A stretch of DNA of 58,018 nt from Candidatus Omnitrophota bacterium (GCA_043800065.1 JAZDNG010000006.1:1-58018), one strand, 5' to 3'; positions 1 through 10,476 are shown, numbered from the stretch's first letter. Translations and numbers: made by a program. The notes: generated by a model not told the origin, from the letters alone.

Positions 1-1
1 C

Positions 2-1525
2 ATCTCTTTCTCGGTCAGCGATAAATTGAGGATCGCCCAGAAACTGGACGAGGTGGGCATCCATTATATTGAAGGCGGATGGCCGGGGGCCAACCCCAAA
101 GACGTCGAGTTTTTTAAAAAAGTAAAGAACATGCGTTTTAAGAATGCAAAGATCGTCGCGTTCGGATCTACAAGAAGGCCTGAAGTAAAAGCTGAAGACG
201 ATGCGGTACTGAAGGGACTTATCAAGGCGGACACAAAGGTTGTGACTATTTTTGGCAAGAGCTGGGACCTGCAAGTTACGGATGTTTTGGGGACGACTCT
301 CGACGAAAACCTAAATATGATCCGCGACAGTGTCGCCTTCCTGAAATCAAAAGGGAAGGAAGCGATATTTGACGCGGAGCACTTTTTCGACGGCTATAAG
401 GCAAATCCCGCTTACGCACTTAAATGCCTGAAGGCAGCAGAAGAAGGCGGAGCGGACTGTCTTGTCCTTTGCGATACAAACGGGGGGTTGCTTGCCTTTG
501 AAGCCCAAGAGATCATCAATGAAGTAAAAGCTCATTTTAAAACACCGCTTGGTATTCACGCGCATAATGACACGGAATGCGCGGTTTCAGTTTCCGGCAT
601 GGCTATTCATTGTGGCTGCACTCACGTCCAGGGCACCATTAACGGTTACGGGGAAAGATGTGGCAACGCCAATCTTGTATCGATTATCGCGATTCTGAAA
701 TCGAAGTTAGGCATAGATTGCGTTTCCGATTCGCAGCTTAAAGAGCTGACAGAGGTCTCAAGGTTTATTTCCGAAGTCAGCAATATGAAACAGATGCCTA
801 ACCAGCCCTTTGTGGGAATGAGCGCCTTTGCGCACAAAGCAGGGGTTCACATAAATGCCATCATGAAGAATCCCAAGACGTATGAACACCTAGACCCGGC
901 GCTTGTGGGCAATAGGCGGCGCCTTTTAATTTCCGAATTATCCGGAAAGTCGACGATTTTAAGCAAGGCGAAGGAGATGGATATTAAGCTTGAAAAAGAT
1001 AGCCCGAAGACAAAGAAGATCCTGAAACTGATCCAGTCGCTGGAGCACGAAGGCTATCAATTTGAATCGGCAGAGGCGTCTTTTGACCTTTTGATGAAAC
1101 GGGCGACGAAGGCATTTAAATCCTTTTTCCGGCTTGAGGACTTCAGGGTTATAATCGAGAAGAAGAGAAGCGGCAGGATGACTTCTGAGGCGACGATGAA
1201 GATTAAGGTCGGCGGGAAGATGGAGCATACTGCCGCCATCGGAGACGGCCCCGTAAACGCGCTGGATAACGCGCTCAGGAAGGCGCTGACCTCTTTCTAT
1301 CCTTCCTTAAAAGAAATGCACCTTTCCGATTTTAAGGTCCGCGTTCTCGACGAAAAAGCAGGTACCGCGGCAAAGGTCCGCGTGCTTATTCAGTCCGAGG
1401 ATACGAAAGGTTCCTGGTGGACCATAGGAGTTTCGGAAAATATCATAGAGGCGAGCTGGGTAGCGCTTGTAGATAGTATTGAGTATAAATTGATGAAAGA
1501 CAACAAAAACAGCCATTGCAGATGA
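2..1525 (+). CDS. cimA: citramalate synthase (LeuA/CimA family), 5'-truncated by window edge
   Basis: Frame open from position 2 ([12 protein letters not shown]); motifs [43 protein letters not shown]; C-terminal regulatory domain GPVNALD. Confidence 0.88.
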   Translation: MSFSVSDKLRIAQKLDEVGIHYIEGGWPGANPKDVEFFKKVKNMRFKNAKIVAFGSTRRPEVKAEDDAVLKGLIKADTKVVTIFGKSWDLQVTDVLGTTLDENLNMIRDSVAFLKSKGKEAIFDAEHFFDGYKANPAYALKCLKAAEEGGADCLVLCDTNGGLLAFEAQEIINEVKAHFKTPLGIHAHNDTECAVSVSGMAIHCGCTHVQGTINGYGERCGNANLVSIIAILKSKLGIDCVSDSQLKELTEVSRFISEVSNMKQMPNQPFVGMSAFAHKAGVHINAIMKNPKTYEHLDPALVGNRRRLLISELSGKSTILSKAKEMDIKLEKDSPKTKKILKLIQSLEHEGYQFESAEASFDLLMKRATKAFKSFFRLEDFRVIIEKKRSGRMTSEATMKIKVGGKMEHTAAIGDGPVNALDNALRKALTSFYPSLKEMHLSDFKVRVLDEKAGTAAKVRVLIQSEDTKGSWWTIGVSENIIEASWVALVDSIEYKLMKDNKNSHCR

Positions 1526-1630
1526 ACCGATAACGTGAAGAATAGGTTGTAAAGCCACACGGCGGGACACCCCGCGTCTAATTATGTAAGTATATTTAAA
1601 GCAGAGTGTCCTGCGACACGGTCAATAAAA

Positions 1631-4423
1631 ATGAAAGAACTCTCCAAAACATATAATCCAAAAGAAGTAGAAGAGAAGATATATAAGCTCTGGGAAGAGA
1701 AGGGGCTTTTTACGGCACGTGTCGATCCCAAGAAGAAGCCCTATTGCATAGTTATTCCCCCGCCAAACATTACCGGCATACTTCACATGGGCCATGCCCT
1801 CAATAACACGATACAGGATATATTGATCAGGTTTAAGAGGATGCAGGGGCATGAGGCGCTTTGGATGCCTGGGACCGACCACGCCGGCATAGCGACGCAG
1901 AATGTCGTGGAAAAGAGCCTGGCAAAAGAAAACCTTAAGCGCCAGGATCTGGGCCGCGAAAAGTTCATAGAAAAGGTATGGCAATGGAAGGAAGAATACG
2001 GCTCTACCATAATAAAACAGCTTAAAAAGCTGGGCTCGTCCTGCGATTGGTCGCGTACGCGTTTTACGATGGACGATGCATATTCAAAGGCGGTAACAGA
2101 AGTCTTTGTCATGCTGTACGAAAAGGGCCTCATATATCAGGGGAACTATATTATTAACTGGTGCCCCCGCTGCCACACCGCCTTATCGGATGAGGAAGCG
2201 CCACATAGAGAACTGCAGGGCCATTTGTATTACCTTCGCTATCCCTTAAAAGATGATCCGCGCGAGTTTATAGTAGTGGCGACTACGCGGCCGGAGACGA
2301 TGCTCGGCGATACGGCCGTAGCGGTAAATCCGAAAGACAAGCGCTACAAGAAACTGATAGGAAAGGCGCTTATCCTGCCCTTAATGGAACGTGAGATAAA
2401 ACTGATATCCGATCCTATGGTCGACGCCAAATTCGGAACAGGCGCCGTTAAAGTCACTCCCGCCCACGACCCCAATGACTACGCGCTCGGCAAAAAACAT
2501 AAGCTTCAGTTCATAAACGTTATGCATCCGGACGGCCGGATGAATGATAATGCCGGCGACTATAAAGATATGGATAGGTTTGAGGCGCGGGAAGTCATAT
2601 TAGAGGATCTGAAAGAGAAAGGGCTTCTCGAGAAGGTGGAGCCGCATAATCTTTCTGCCGGCCATTGCTACCGCTGCCATACTATTATTGAGCCGTATCT
2701 TTCGAAGCAGTGGTTTGTAAAAATGAAACCCCTGGCAAAACCGGCCATAGAAGTGGTAAAAAAAGGTAAGGTCAAATTCCATCCGGTGCGCTGGACAAAG
2801 GTATATTTAAATTGGATGAATAATATACAGGACTGGTGTATCTCGCGCCAGATATGGTGGGGGCATCGCTTGCCCGTTTATTATTGCAAAAAATGCGCAG
2901 AGCGGGCAAGCGAGTCGATAGTCGATGGTCGACAGTCGACAGAAGAAACAAAAACTGTGGACTGTGGACTGTGGACTGTGGACCACAAGGGAATAATTGT
3001 ATCTCGTACTAAGCCCGATAAGTGTCCCACATGCGGCTCAAGCGCGATTGAACAGGACCCTGATGTACTTGATACGTGGTTCTCGTCGTGGCTATGGCCA
3101 TTCGCGACTTTTTACTGGCCGTTTGACAGTCACAAGTCACAGGTTGCAAGTCACAAGTCGGGCAATATAGACATGAAACATGAGACCTGTGACCTGCGAC
3201 AACAGGAATTAAATTATTTTTATCCAACGGCTGTCCTTGTAACCGCGCAAGAGATAATCTTCTTCTGGGTGGCGCGCATGATAATGGCAGGCCTCGAATT
3301 CAAAAAAGAGATACCGTTTAAAGATGTTTATATACACGGCACTGTGAGAGATGATACCGGCACAAAGATGTCCAAATCTTTGGGGAATATAATAGATCCG
3401 CTTGAGGTAATAGAAAATTTCGGGGCCGACGCCCTCAGGTTCAGCATCATATCTATCACGGCTACGGGCCAGGATGTCTTTTTGTCGCCGAAGAAGTTTG
3501 AAATAGGGAGGAACTTCGCAAACAAGATCTGGAACGCCTCGCGCTATATATTAACCGTCTTGAAGAGTGATGTAGGAGTCGACCTATGCGTTTACGCCGG
3601 TGACAAAAAACTGAGCATAGCGGACAGATGGATTTTGAGCCGTTATTATTCGGCACTTAGAGATGTGCAAAAGAACATCGACCAATACCGCTTAAATGAC
3701 GCCGCAAGCCGTATCTATGAATTCTTCTGGCATGATTTCTGCGATTGGTATATAGAATTTTCCAAGCTTACGCAGCAGGATGAAGCGACACAGGTCATCC
3801 TGTATAAGGTCCTTGAGAAGTCGCTTAGGATGCTGCATCCTTTTATGCCGTTTATCACCGAGGAAATCTGGCAGAACCTGCCCCACAACGAAGGGCCGGT
3901 CATGGCAAGCTCATGGCCGCATGCGCAGAAACAATTTATATCGAAGGAGCTGGAAGAAAGCGTGGCCGATATAATAGAAGTCATAACTGCCATAAGAAAT
4001 ATACGCGCGGAATGGAATATAGACGCGAAAGCGGAGATAAGCGCCGTCCTCTCTCACAAAAACACGGAAACAGGCGCCGTATTAAAAGAATTTGACGGCT
4101 ACATAAAGAGATTGTGCCGTTTGAAGTCACTTGAATACGGAAAAGGCCTCAAAAAACCCGCGCATTCGGCATACGCGCCTTCAAAAGTCGCGGAGGTATA
4201 TATTCCGCTCGAAGGTGTAATAGATTTTGAGAAAGAGTCGGTACGGCTGAAAAAGAAGTGCGATGAGGTAAAGAAGAACATGGGGTCGCTGGAGGCGAGG
4301 CTGAAAGATAAGAATTTTATTGCCAGGGCTCCGGCCGAAATAATAGAGAGAAATAAGCTCTCCAAGTCGGAACTCAAAAGTACCCTGCAGCGCCTGGAAG
4401 AGAACCTAATGGATATCGAATAA
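1631..4423 (+). CDS. valS: valine--tRNA ligase with two repeat-derived in-frame insertions
   Basis: PPPNITGILHMGH (HIGH), DWCISRQIWWGH, KMSKS, C-terminal coiled coil. Confidence 0.97.
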   Translation: MKELSKTYNPKEVEEKIYKLWEEKGLFTARVDPKKKPYCIVIPPPNITGILHMGHALNNTIQDILIRFKRMQGHEALWMPGTDHAGIATQNVVEKSLAKENLKRQDLGREKFIEKVWQWKEEYGSTIIKQLKKLGSSCDWSRTRFTMDDAYSKAVTEVFVMLYEKGLIYQGNYIINWCPRCHTALSDEEAPHRELQGHLYYLRYPLKDDPREFIVVATTRPETMLGDTAVAVNPKDKRYKKLIGKALILPLMEREIKLISDPMVDAKFGTGAVKVTPAHDPNDYALGKKHKLQFINVMHPDGRMNDNAGDYKDMDRFEAREVILEDLKEKGLLEKVEPHNLSAGHCYRCHTIIEPYLSKQWFVKMKPLAKPAIEVVKKGKVKFHPVRWTKVYLNWMNNIQDWCISRQIWWGHRLPVYYCKKCAERASESIVDGRQSTEETKTVDCGLWTVDHKGIIVSRTKPDKCPTCGSSAIEQDPDVLDTWFSSWLWPFATFYWPFDSHKSQVASHKSGNIDMKHETCDLRQQELNYFYPTAVLVTAQEIIFFWVARMIMAGLEFKKEIPFKDVYIHGTVRDDTGTKMSKSLGNIIDPLEVIENFGADALRFSIISITATGQDVFLSPKKFEIGRNFANKIWNASRYILTVLKSDVGVDLCVYAGDKKLSIADRWILSRYYSALRDVQKNIDQYRLNDAASRIYEFFWHDFCDWYIEFSKLTQQDEATQVILYKVLEKSLRMLHPFMPFITEEIWQNLPHNEGPVMASSWPHAQKQFISKELEESVADIIEVITAIRNIRAEWNIDAKAEISAVLSHKNTETGAVLKEFDGYIKRLCRLKSLEYGKGLKKPAHSAYAPSKVAEVYIPLEGVIDFEKESVRLKKKCDEVKKNMGSLEARLKDKNFIARAPAEIIERNKLSKSELKSTLQRLEENLMDIE
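2914..2983. repeat. inverted heptamer-array hairpin inside valS
   Basis: GTCGATA GTCGATG GTCGACA GTCGACA, 14-nt spacer, (TGTGGAC)x4. Confidence 0.9.
3129..3200. repeat. second inverted heptamer-array hairpin inside valS (72 bp)
   Basis: GTCACAA GTCACAG GTTGCAA GTCACAA GTC ... GAC ATGAAAC ATGAGAC CTGTGAC CTGCGAC. Confidence 0.85.
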
Positions 4424-4570
4424 AAGGGGACGTTTCACTTTGATGCAACATCCTGATAATAAATAAGTTACAACCTGTCGATTTCCACTTTATGCTAGCC
4501 AAAAGCGGAAAATGACCATTTATAACCTGTTGAAAAACAAGGAGTTGTGACAAAGTGAAACGTCCCCTTT
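4423..4570. mobile_element. 148-bp MITE-like element with perfect 20-bp terminal inverted repeats
   Basis: AAAGGGGACGTTTCACTTTG (4423-4442) / CAAAGTGAAACGTCCCCTTT (4551-4570); left half recurs at ~28840-28904. Confidence 0.75.
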
Positions 4571-4585
4571 ATGGAGTGATGTGAT

Positions 4586-5293
4586 ATGAGATTACAAGTT
4601 GCGATTTCGCGCCAGGGCGTTGCTTCCCGCAGAAAAGCGGCTTCTATAATAGAAGAGGGTATAGTCACTGTTAACGGTAAGATTATCCGGGAGAGGGGTT
4701 ATGCTGTCAACCCGGATACCGACGATATCGCGGTAGGCGGTAAAGAATTAAAGAGCAAAACAAAAAAGATCTATATATTGCTCAATAAGCCGAAGGGAGT
4801 GATTACATCAAAATCGGACCCCGAAGAGCGGGAGACCGTTTTTGACTTACTGCCTAGGGCGTTAAGCAGGCTCCATTCCGTCGGGCGCCTCGATAAAGAT
4901 ACAACCGGCCTATTACTTTTGACTAATGACGGCGAACTTACATACAGGTTGACTCATCCCAGATTTGAGGTGCGGAAGCGTTACAAGCTGACCTGCGCGA
5001 GAAAGGTAGTCGAAAAAAAGGTACATATACTTGAAAAGGGCATGTATGTTGACGGCCGCAAAACTGCGCCGGCTAAAATAGAGATCATACGAAGTGACGA
5101 AAATAGGACGGAGCTCTTTATAGAGATACACGAGGGCAGAAAACGGCAGATAAGGAACATGTTTCTTTTTCTCGGCCATCCCATAAAGAATCTGGAAAGG
5201 GTATCGTACGAATTTTTACAGCTGGGCAATACGAGGCGCGGCGATTTTCGCCATTTAACCAGCGAGGAAGTAAGACGCCTGAAAGACCTGTAA
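4586..5293 (+). CDS. rluB: rRNA pseudouridine synthase (RsuA/RluB family)
   Basis: S4 domain ASRRKA, NKPKG, catalytic GRLDKDTTGLLLLTNDG, EGRKRQIR. Confidence 0.85.
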   Translation: MRLQVAISRQGVASRRKAASIIEEGIVTVNGKIIRERGYAVNPDTDDIAVGGKELKSKTKKIYILLNKPKGVITSKSDPEERETVFDLLPRALSRLHSVGRLDKDTTGLLLLTNDGELTYRLTHPRFEVRKRYKLTCARKVVEKKVHILEKGMYVDGRKTAPAKIEIIRSDENRTELFIEIHEGRKRQIRNMFLFLGHPIKNLERVSYEFLQLGNTRRGDFRHLTSEEVRRLKDL

Positions 5294-5298
5294 CCGCC

Positions 5299-5336
5299 TA
5301 CACCTACGCGGTGTAATTTTACACCGCGTAGGTGTA
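5299..5336. repeat. perfect 18-bp-arm palindrome
   Basis: TACACCTACGCGGTGTAA-tt-TTACACCGCGTAGGTGTA. Confidence 0.9.
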
Positions 5337-5348
5337 AAAAAGAAAAAT

Positions 5349-6230
5349 ATGCTAGAAAAAGATAAAGTAATAGATATTATAAAGAATGCGCTAAAAGAAG
5401 ACATAGGCAGGATGGATGTTACGACGACATTTCTCATCCCTTCCAACCTTAAGGTCAAAGCCGATATCGTATCAAAGTCAAGCGGCGTCCTCGCGGGCCT
5501 GCCTCTTATAGAGATGGCCTACGGCTTTCTTGATGCGGCACTCAGGATCAGATTTAATGCCAAAGACGGTGATCTTATCGAACCCGGGAAAGCGGTTTGC
5601 TATTTAGAGGGACAGGCGGCCTCTATACTTAAGGGCGAGAGGGTTGCGCTTAATCTGCTTGGCCGTTCGAGCGGAGTGGCGACTATCACAAAGAAATTCG
5701 TAGATAAAGTAAAGAAGTATAATGTGGATATCATGGACACAAGAAAGACCACGCCAAATATGCGCCATATAGACAGATATGCGGTGGTAGTCGGCGGCGG
5801 AAAGAATCACAGGTTTGGCCTGTTTGATCAGGTCCTGATAAAAGATAATCATCTGGCGGCGTTAAAAGAATTGAGGCCCAATGCCAAGGCCACTTTTATT
5901 ATAAAAGATGCGATCGAGACGGTAAAAAAGAGGGTACAGAAGAACGTGAAGGTCGAAATAGAGGTCCGCAATATGGCGGAGTTTGAAGAAGCGCTTTTCG
6001 CGGGCGCCGATATTGTAATGCTGGATAATATGCCGCCGGACGGCATAAAAGAGGCAGTCAAGATACGAAACGCCGGCGGCGTACGGGCGAGGCAGGTTAA
6101 AATAGAGGCCTCAGGCGGCATTACCCTGGATAATGTCGAGGAATACGCCAAAACCGGCGTGGACAGGATCTCGATCGGAGCGCTTACGCATTCGGCTCTC
6201 TCGCTTGACTTTTCGTTGAACGTAATTTAG
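5349..6230 (+). CDS. nadC: nicotinate-nucleotide diphosphorylase (carboxylating)
   Basis: ALKED, DTRKTTP, NHRFGL, LIKDNH, MLDN, EASGGI. Confidence 0.96.
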   Translation: MLEKDKVIDIIKNALKEDIGRMDVTTTFLIPSNLKVKADIVSKSSGVLAGLPLIEMAYGFLDAALRIRFNAKDGDLIEPGKAVCYLEGQAASILKGERVALNLLGRSSGVATITKKFVDKVKKYNVDIMDTRKTTPNMRHIDRYAVVVGGGKNHRFGLFDQVLIKDNHLAALKELRPNAKATFIIKDAIETVKKRVQKNVKVEIEVRNMAEFEEALFAGADIVMLDNMPPDGIKEAVKIRNAGGVRARQVKIEASGGITLDNVEEYAKTGVDRISIGALTHSALSLDFSLNVI

Positions 6231-6255
6231 TAGCGGAGGTTTAAACCTCCGCTAC
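6223..6255. repeat. GTAG-type REP-like palindrome, copy 1
   Basis: TAATTTA + perfect 26-bp palindrome GTAGCGGAGGTTTAAACCTCCGCTAC (6230-6255). Confidence 0.85.
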
Positions 6256-6271
6256 CAGTTAATAGGAAGGC

Positions 6272-8254
6272 ATGGCCAACTTTAAGCTGACAAGCAGCTT
6301 CATACCGCAAGGTGACCAGCCGCAGGCCATAAAAAAACTTACGGATGGCATCCAAAAAGGCAACCGTTACCAGGCGCTTCTCGGGGTGACGGGTTCCGGC
6401 AAGACATTTACGTTGGCGCATGTTATAAACAATGTCGGAAAGCCGGCACTCGTTATATCGCATAATAAGACACTTGCGGCCCAGCTTTACAGTGAATTTA
6501 AAGAGCTCTTTCCCGAAAATGCAGTAGAATATTTTGTAAGCTATTATGACTATTATCAGCCGGAGGCCTATGTTCCGCAGACCGATACTTATATAGAGAA
6601 GGACGCCTCTATCAACGATGAGATAGATAAATTGCGTCTTTCGGCTACAAGCGCCCTAATGTCGCGAAGCGACGTAATAATAGTGGCAAGCGTCTCCTGC
6701 ATATATGGCCTCGGTTCCCCGGAGGATTATGCCGCGCTTATGGTATTTTTGAAAAAAGGGGAAAAGGTCGGGAGAGATGATATCTTAAAGAAGCTCGTTG
6801 ATATTCATTATTCCCGAAACGACGTAGATTTCCAAAGAGGCAGGTTCCGCGTAAGGGGCGAAACAATAGAAATATTTCCAGCCTATGAAAATCAGGCGAT
6901 AAGACTGGAGCTTTCCGGCGACGAGATAGAGCGGCTTAGAGAGATAGATCCTCTTACCGGAAAGACGGTATCCGAAATAGAAAAAATAGCTATTTACCCG
7001 GCCAAACATTTTGTTACCACCGAAGACAAGGTGGAGAAGGCAATAGTTTCCATAAAAGCGGAACTGAAAGAGCGGCTTTCGGAGCTTTTTAAACAGAATA
7101 AGCTGCTCGAGGCCCAGCGGCTTGAATCCAGGACAAATTATGACATGGAGATGCTGAAGGAGCTGGGCTATTGTAACGGCATAGAGAATTACTCGAGGCA
7201 TCTTTCGGCGAGGCCCGCCGGGTCGCGGCCGTCCTGCCTCATAAACTATTTTCCGGAAGATTTTTTGGTCATAATAGATGAATCGCACGTTACCGTCCCG
7301 CAGATACGCGGAATGTACGAAGGCGACCGTTCGCGGAAAAATACGCTTGTTGAATACGGGTTCAGATTGCCTTCGGCGCTCGACAATAGGCCGTTAAAAT
7401 TTGATGAATTTGAGATGCTTGCGAAGCAGGTAGTATTTGCATCCGCCACTCCGGCTGATTTCGAACTTTCAAGATCGAGCGTAATGGCGGAGCAGATCAT
7501 AAGGCCGACAGGGCTTGTGGATCCTGAGATAACGGTCAGGCCGAGCATTGGTGAGATAGAAGACCTTATACAAGAGATAGAAAAGAGGGCCGAGCGCGGT
7601 GAACGCGTACTAGTTACGACGCTTACCAAGCGCATGTCCGAGGATCTGGCGTCTTACCTTAAAGACGCCGGTATAAGAGTGAAGTATATCCATTCGGAAT
7701 TGGACGCCATAGAAAGAGTGGAGATATTGAGAGACCTCCGGCTTAATAAATTTGACTGCCTCGTGGGGATAAATTTGCTGCGAGAAGGAATAGATCTGCC
7801 GGAAGTATCGCTCGTGGCCGTGCTTGATGCCGACAAAGAAGGATTTTTAAGGAGCCAGACATCCCTTATACAGGTGGCGGGAAGGGCAGCGCGTAATATT
7901 AACGGAAAAGTGATTTTATACGCCGATAATATCACAGATTCTATGTCTCGTGCGATTTCTGAAAGCCGGCGAAGGCGGGTAAAGCAGCTTGCCTACAACA
8001 AAGAGCATAAGATAACACCTCAAACAGTAAAGAAGGCGATAAGAGAGGGCATTGAATCGTATGCCAGGGCAAAGGAGACGGCCCTTGAGGCGACCGGCGC
8101 CGACGAAAATACGAACGATATCATGGAAGTCATATCGGAACTCGAGCATGACATGGAACTTGCGGCGCGCAATCTTAATTTTGAAAGAGCGACGGTGCTG
8201 CGAGACCAGATCGTTAAGCTGAAAAAGAAGTATAATTTAGTAGCGGAGGTTTAA
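6272..8254 (+). CDS. uvrB: excinuclease ABC subunit B
   Basis: [36 protein letters not shown]-terminal UVR domain. Confidence 0.98.
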   Translation: MANFKLTSSFIPQGDQPQAIKKLTDGIQKGNRYQALLGVTGSGKTFTLAHVINNVGKPALVISHNKTLAAQLYSEFKELFPENAVEYFVSYYDYYQPEAYVPQTDTYIEKDASINDEIDKLRLSATSALMSRSDVIIVASVSCIYGLGSPEDYAALMVFLKKGEKVGRDDILKKLVDIHYSRNDVDFQRGRFRVRGETIEIFPAYENQAIRLELSGDEIERLREIDPLTGKTVSEIEKIAIYPAKHFVTTEDKVEKAIVSIKAELKERLSELFKQNKLLEAQRLESRTNYDMEMLKELGYCNGIENYSRHLSARPAGSRPSCLINYFPEDFLVIIDESHVTVPQIRGMYEGDRSRKNTLVEYGFRLPSALDNRPLKFDEFEMLAKQVVFASATPADFELSRSSVMAEQIIRPTGLVDPEITVRPSIGEIEDLIQEIEKRAERGERVLVTTLTKRMSEDLASYLKDAGIRVKYIHSELDAIERVEILRDLRLNKFDCLVGINLLREGIDLPEVSLVAVLDADKEGFLRSQTSLIQVAGRAARNINGKVILYADNITDSMSRAISESRRRRVKQLAYNKEHKITPQTVKKAIREGIESYARAKETALEATGADENTNDIMEVISELEHDMELAARNLNFERATVLRDQIVKLKKKYNLVAEV

Positions 8255-8265
8255 ACTTCCGCTAC
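8233..8265. repeat. GTAG-type REP-like palindrome, copy 2 (supplies uvrB stop)
   Basis: 32/33 identical to 6223-6255. Confidence 0.85.
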
Positions 8266-8269
8266 ACAG

Positions 8270-9238
8270 ATGAATATGAATATCGACGACAAAATACTCC
8301 ATATCTTTAAAAAATACGGCGCCGCGTACGTATCCGGCGAGGATATAAGCAGGGATATAGGCGTTTCGAGAACGAGTATATGGAAGCATATAGAAAGTCT
8401 AAGGTCACTCGGTTATGATATTGAGGCCTCTCCGCACCTGGGATACAGATTAACAGGCCGGCCCGACCGGCTCATACCGGAAGAGCTGAAAAATAATCTG
8501 AAGACCAAGTTTTTGGGCAGGAACATATTGAGTTACGCTTTGCTGGATTCAACGAATGATACTGCATACAAATTGGCCGAAAATGGCGCAAAAGAAGGCA
8601 CGGTAATCGTTGCCGAAAGACAAAAAAAAGGCAAGGGCAGGCAGGGCAGGCACTGGGTATCCCCTAAAGGCGGAATATATTTTTCCTGTATCATAAGGCC
8701 TGACATAGAGCCGAAAGAGGTTGCGAAGATAACGCTGGCTTCAGCGCTTGCCGTATGTACTTCAATAAGAGAGATAGCCCGCATACCCGCTTTGATCAAA
8801 TGGCCTAATGACATCATAATAGGAGGCAAAAAGGTATGCGGCATATTGACGGAGATGAAAGCGGAGCAGGATAAGGTGGACTTTCTCGTAGTAGGCATAG
8901 GCATAAATGCAGATAATCCTCTATCTCTTTTGCCTAAGGGCTCTACAACGCTTTCCGAGGAATCTGATGCGGATGTGTCGAAAGTAGAGTTGGCCAAAAA
9001 AGTCCTTGAGAAACTAGAGCACTATATTTTGCTTTTTAAAAAGGAAGGATTTAAACCGATAAGGGATGAATGGCGCGATCTTTCAGAAACGCTCGGCCGG
9101 CATGTCAGGGTGCATAGCCACGAAGGTAAAATAGAGGGGCAGGCTATAAATGTGGATAATGACGGCGCTCTGGTAGTGCGGCTCGATAGCGGTTTTCATA
9201 AACGGATCCTGTCGGGCGATGTGGTTATCGCGCATTAG
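8270..9238 (+). CDS. birA: bifunctional biotin--protein ligase/repressor
   Basis: N-terminal HTH (VSGEDIS...SRTSIWKHI), STND, GKGRQGR, KWPND, KVCGIL. Confidence 0.95.
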   Translation: MNMNIDDKILHIFKKYGAAYVSGEDISRDIGVSRTSIWKHIESLRSLGYDIEASPHLGYRLTGRPDRLIPEELKNNLKTKFLGRNILSYALLDSTNDTAYKLAENGAKEGTVIVAERQKKGKGRQGRHWVSPKGGIYFSCIIRPDIEPKEVAKITLASALAVCTSIREIARIPALIKWPNDIIIGGKKVCGILTEMKAEQDKVDFLVVGIGINADNPLSLLPKGSTTLSEESDADVSKVELAKKVLEKLEHYILLFKKEGFKPIRDEWRDLSETLGRHVRVHSHEGKIEGQAINVDNDGALVVRLDSGFHKRILSGDVVIAH

Positions 9239-9240
9239 AT

Positions 9241-9275
9241 TTAGCGTATAGCGTTTAGCGGATAGTGCATAGAGA
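9241..9275. repeat. degenerate heptamer tandem array
   Basis: TTAGCGT ATAGCGT TTAGCGG ATAGTGC ATAGAGA. Confidence 0.7.
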
Positions 9276-9281
9276 GAAAAA

Positions 9282-10052
9282 ATGATACTAGCGATAGATA
9301 TGGGTAACACCAATATAACGTTCGGGCTATTTAGAGGAAGCAGGCTCGTAAAGAGTACGCGGCTTTCTACCGCTGCCGTGAAAAGCTATAATAGTTTTGT
9401 CCAAAAAGCGTCAAAGGGCATTGATGTAAGAGCAGTGGCCATATGCAGCGTTGTCCCTAAAGTGACAAGAGCGCTCATGCCGCTACTCAAGAGGCATTTC
9501 AATTCCAACGTATTTATACTGGGCAAAGATATTAAAGTCCCGATAAAAAATTTATATAAGAACCCGCGTCAAGTTGGGCAGGACAGGCTTGTCGCCGCTT
9601 ATGCCGCGCACGCGCTGTATGCGCATAGTTCGCCTGTTGTAGTAATAGATTTCGGGACAGCGGTAACATTTGATGTCGTTTCGAAAAAAGGGGCGTATCT
9701 CGGCGGCCTAATAGTTCCCGGTATGGAGATGTCACTTGAAGCCCTCTCGAAGAAAGCGGCGCTTCTACCTAAGGTCAGACTTGAAAAACCATCTTTCATC
9801 TTGGGAAAGACCACAAAAGACAGCATGATAAGCGGCGTCTTCTACGGCTATGCCGCGATGTGCGACGGGTTGGTCGCGCGGCTTAAAAAGAGATTTGGAC
9901 GAAAGTTCTATGTTGTGGCCACGGGCGGCAATGCCCGCCGCATCTCGCCGTTAAGCTCATCCATAGATAAGGTCGACGAGGATTTGGTCCTTAAGGGTGT
10001 AAATTTGGCTTTTCTAAGAGGGGACAGGCGCCAATTTTCAAGAAATCAGTAA
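9282..10052 (+). CDS. coaX: type III pantothenate kinase
   Basis: IDMGNT, GQDR, DFGTAVT, GGLIVPG, ATGG. Confidence 0.95.
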   Translation: MILAIDMGNTNITFGLFRGSRLVKSTRLSTAAVKSYNSFVQKASKGIDVRAVAICSVVPKVTRALMPLLKRHFNSNVFILGKDIKVPIKNLYKNPRQVGQDRLVAAYAAHALYAHSSPVVVIDFGTAVTFDVVSKKGAYLGGLIVPGMEMSLEALSKKAALLPKVRLEKPSFILGKTTKDSMISGVFYGYAAMCDGLVARLKKRFGRKFYVVATGGNARRISPLSSSIDKVDEDLVLKGVNLAFLRGDRRQFSRNQ

Positions 10053-10087
10053 CAAAGAAAATTGTTGTGTGTCCCCGTTTTTTTCAC

Positions 10088-10115
10088 TTGACAAAATCGC
10101 CGGATTTTGTATAAT
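10088..10115 (+). promoter_or_regulatory. sigma70 promoter of groESL
   Basis: TTGACA (10088-10093), 16 bp, TATAAT (10110-10115). Confidence 0.85.
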
Positions 10116-10140
10116 AGCACTCTCAGGTTGAGAGTGCTAA
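10114..10140. promoter_or_regulatory. CIRCE element (HrcA operator)
   Basis: ATAGCACTC-N9-GAGTGCTAA, one mismatch to TTAGCACTC-N9-GAGTGCTAA, upstream of groES. Confidence 0.93.
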
Positions 10141-10187
10141 ATTTTTAAATAGGATAATCTGTAAAAATAGGAGGAGGTGTAGAAGTT

Positions 10188-10475
10188 ATGAAGATACAGC
10201 CTTTGGGAGACCGCATAGTCATTGAAGTTTTAGAAGCAAAAGAGAAGACAAAGGGCGGGATAGTTTTACCCGACAGCGCTAAGGAAAAGCCGCAGGAGGG
10301 TAAAGTGGTAGCCGTGGGAAAAGGCAAGGTTTCCGATGACGGGAAAGTAATTCCTTTAGAAGTAAAAGTCGGCGACAAGATTCTTTACGGTAAATATACC
10401 GGTACAGAAGTGACGTTGGATGAAAAGGAATACCTTATAATAAAAGAAGAAGATGTTTTAGCGGTTGTAAAATAA
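10188..10475 (+). CDS. groES: co-chaperonin GroES
   Basis: [29 protein letters not shown]. Confidence 0.98.
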   Translation: MKIQPLGDRIVIEVLEAKEKTKGGIVLPDSAKEKPQEGKVVAVGKGKVSDDGKVIPLEVKVGDKILYGKYTGTEVTLDEKEYLIIKEEDVLAVVK

Positions 10476-10476
10476 G

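Noticed and set aside
1526-1630. T-box riboswitch before valS (also hisS, aspS, glyQS)
   Set aside because: Leaders are too short and lack the T-box antiterminator motif
8233-8265. Palindrome as a BirA or LexA operator
   Set aside because: Does not match the spaced BirA consensus; a near-identical copy and a covarying variant occur elsewhere, which fits a REP better
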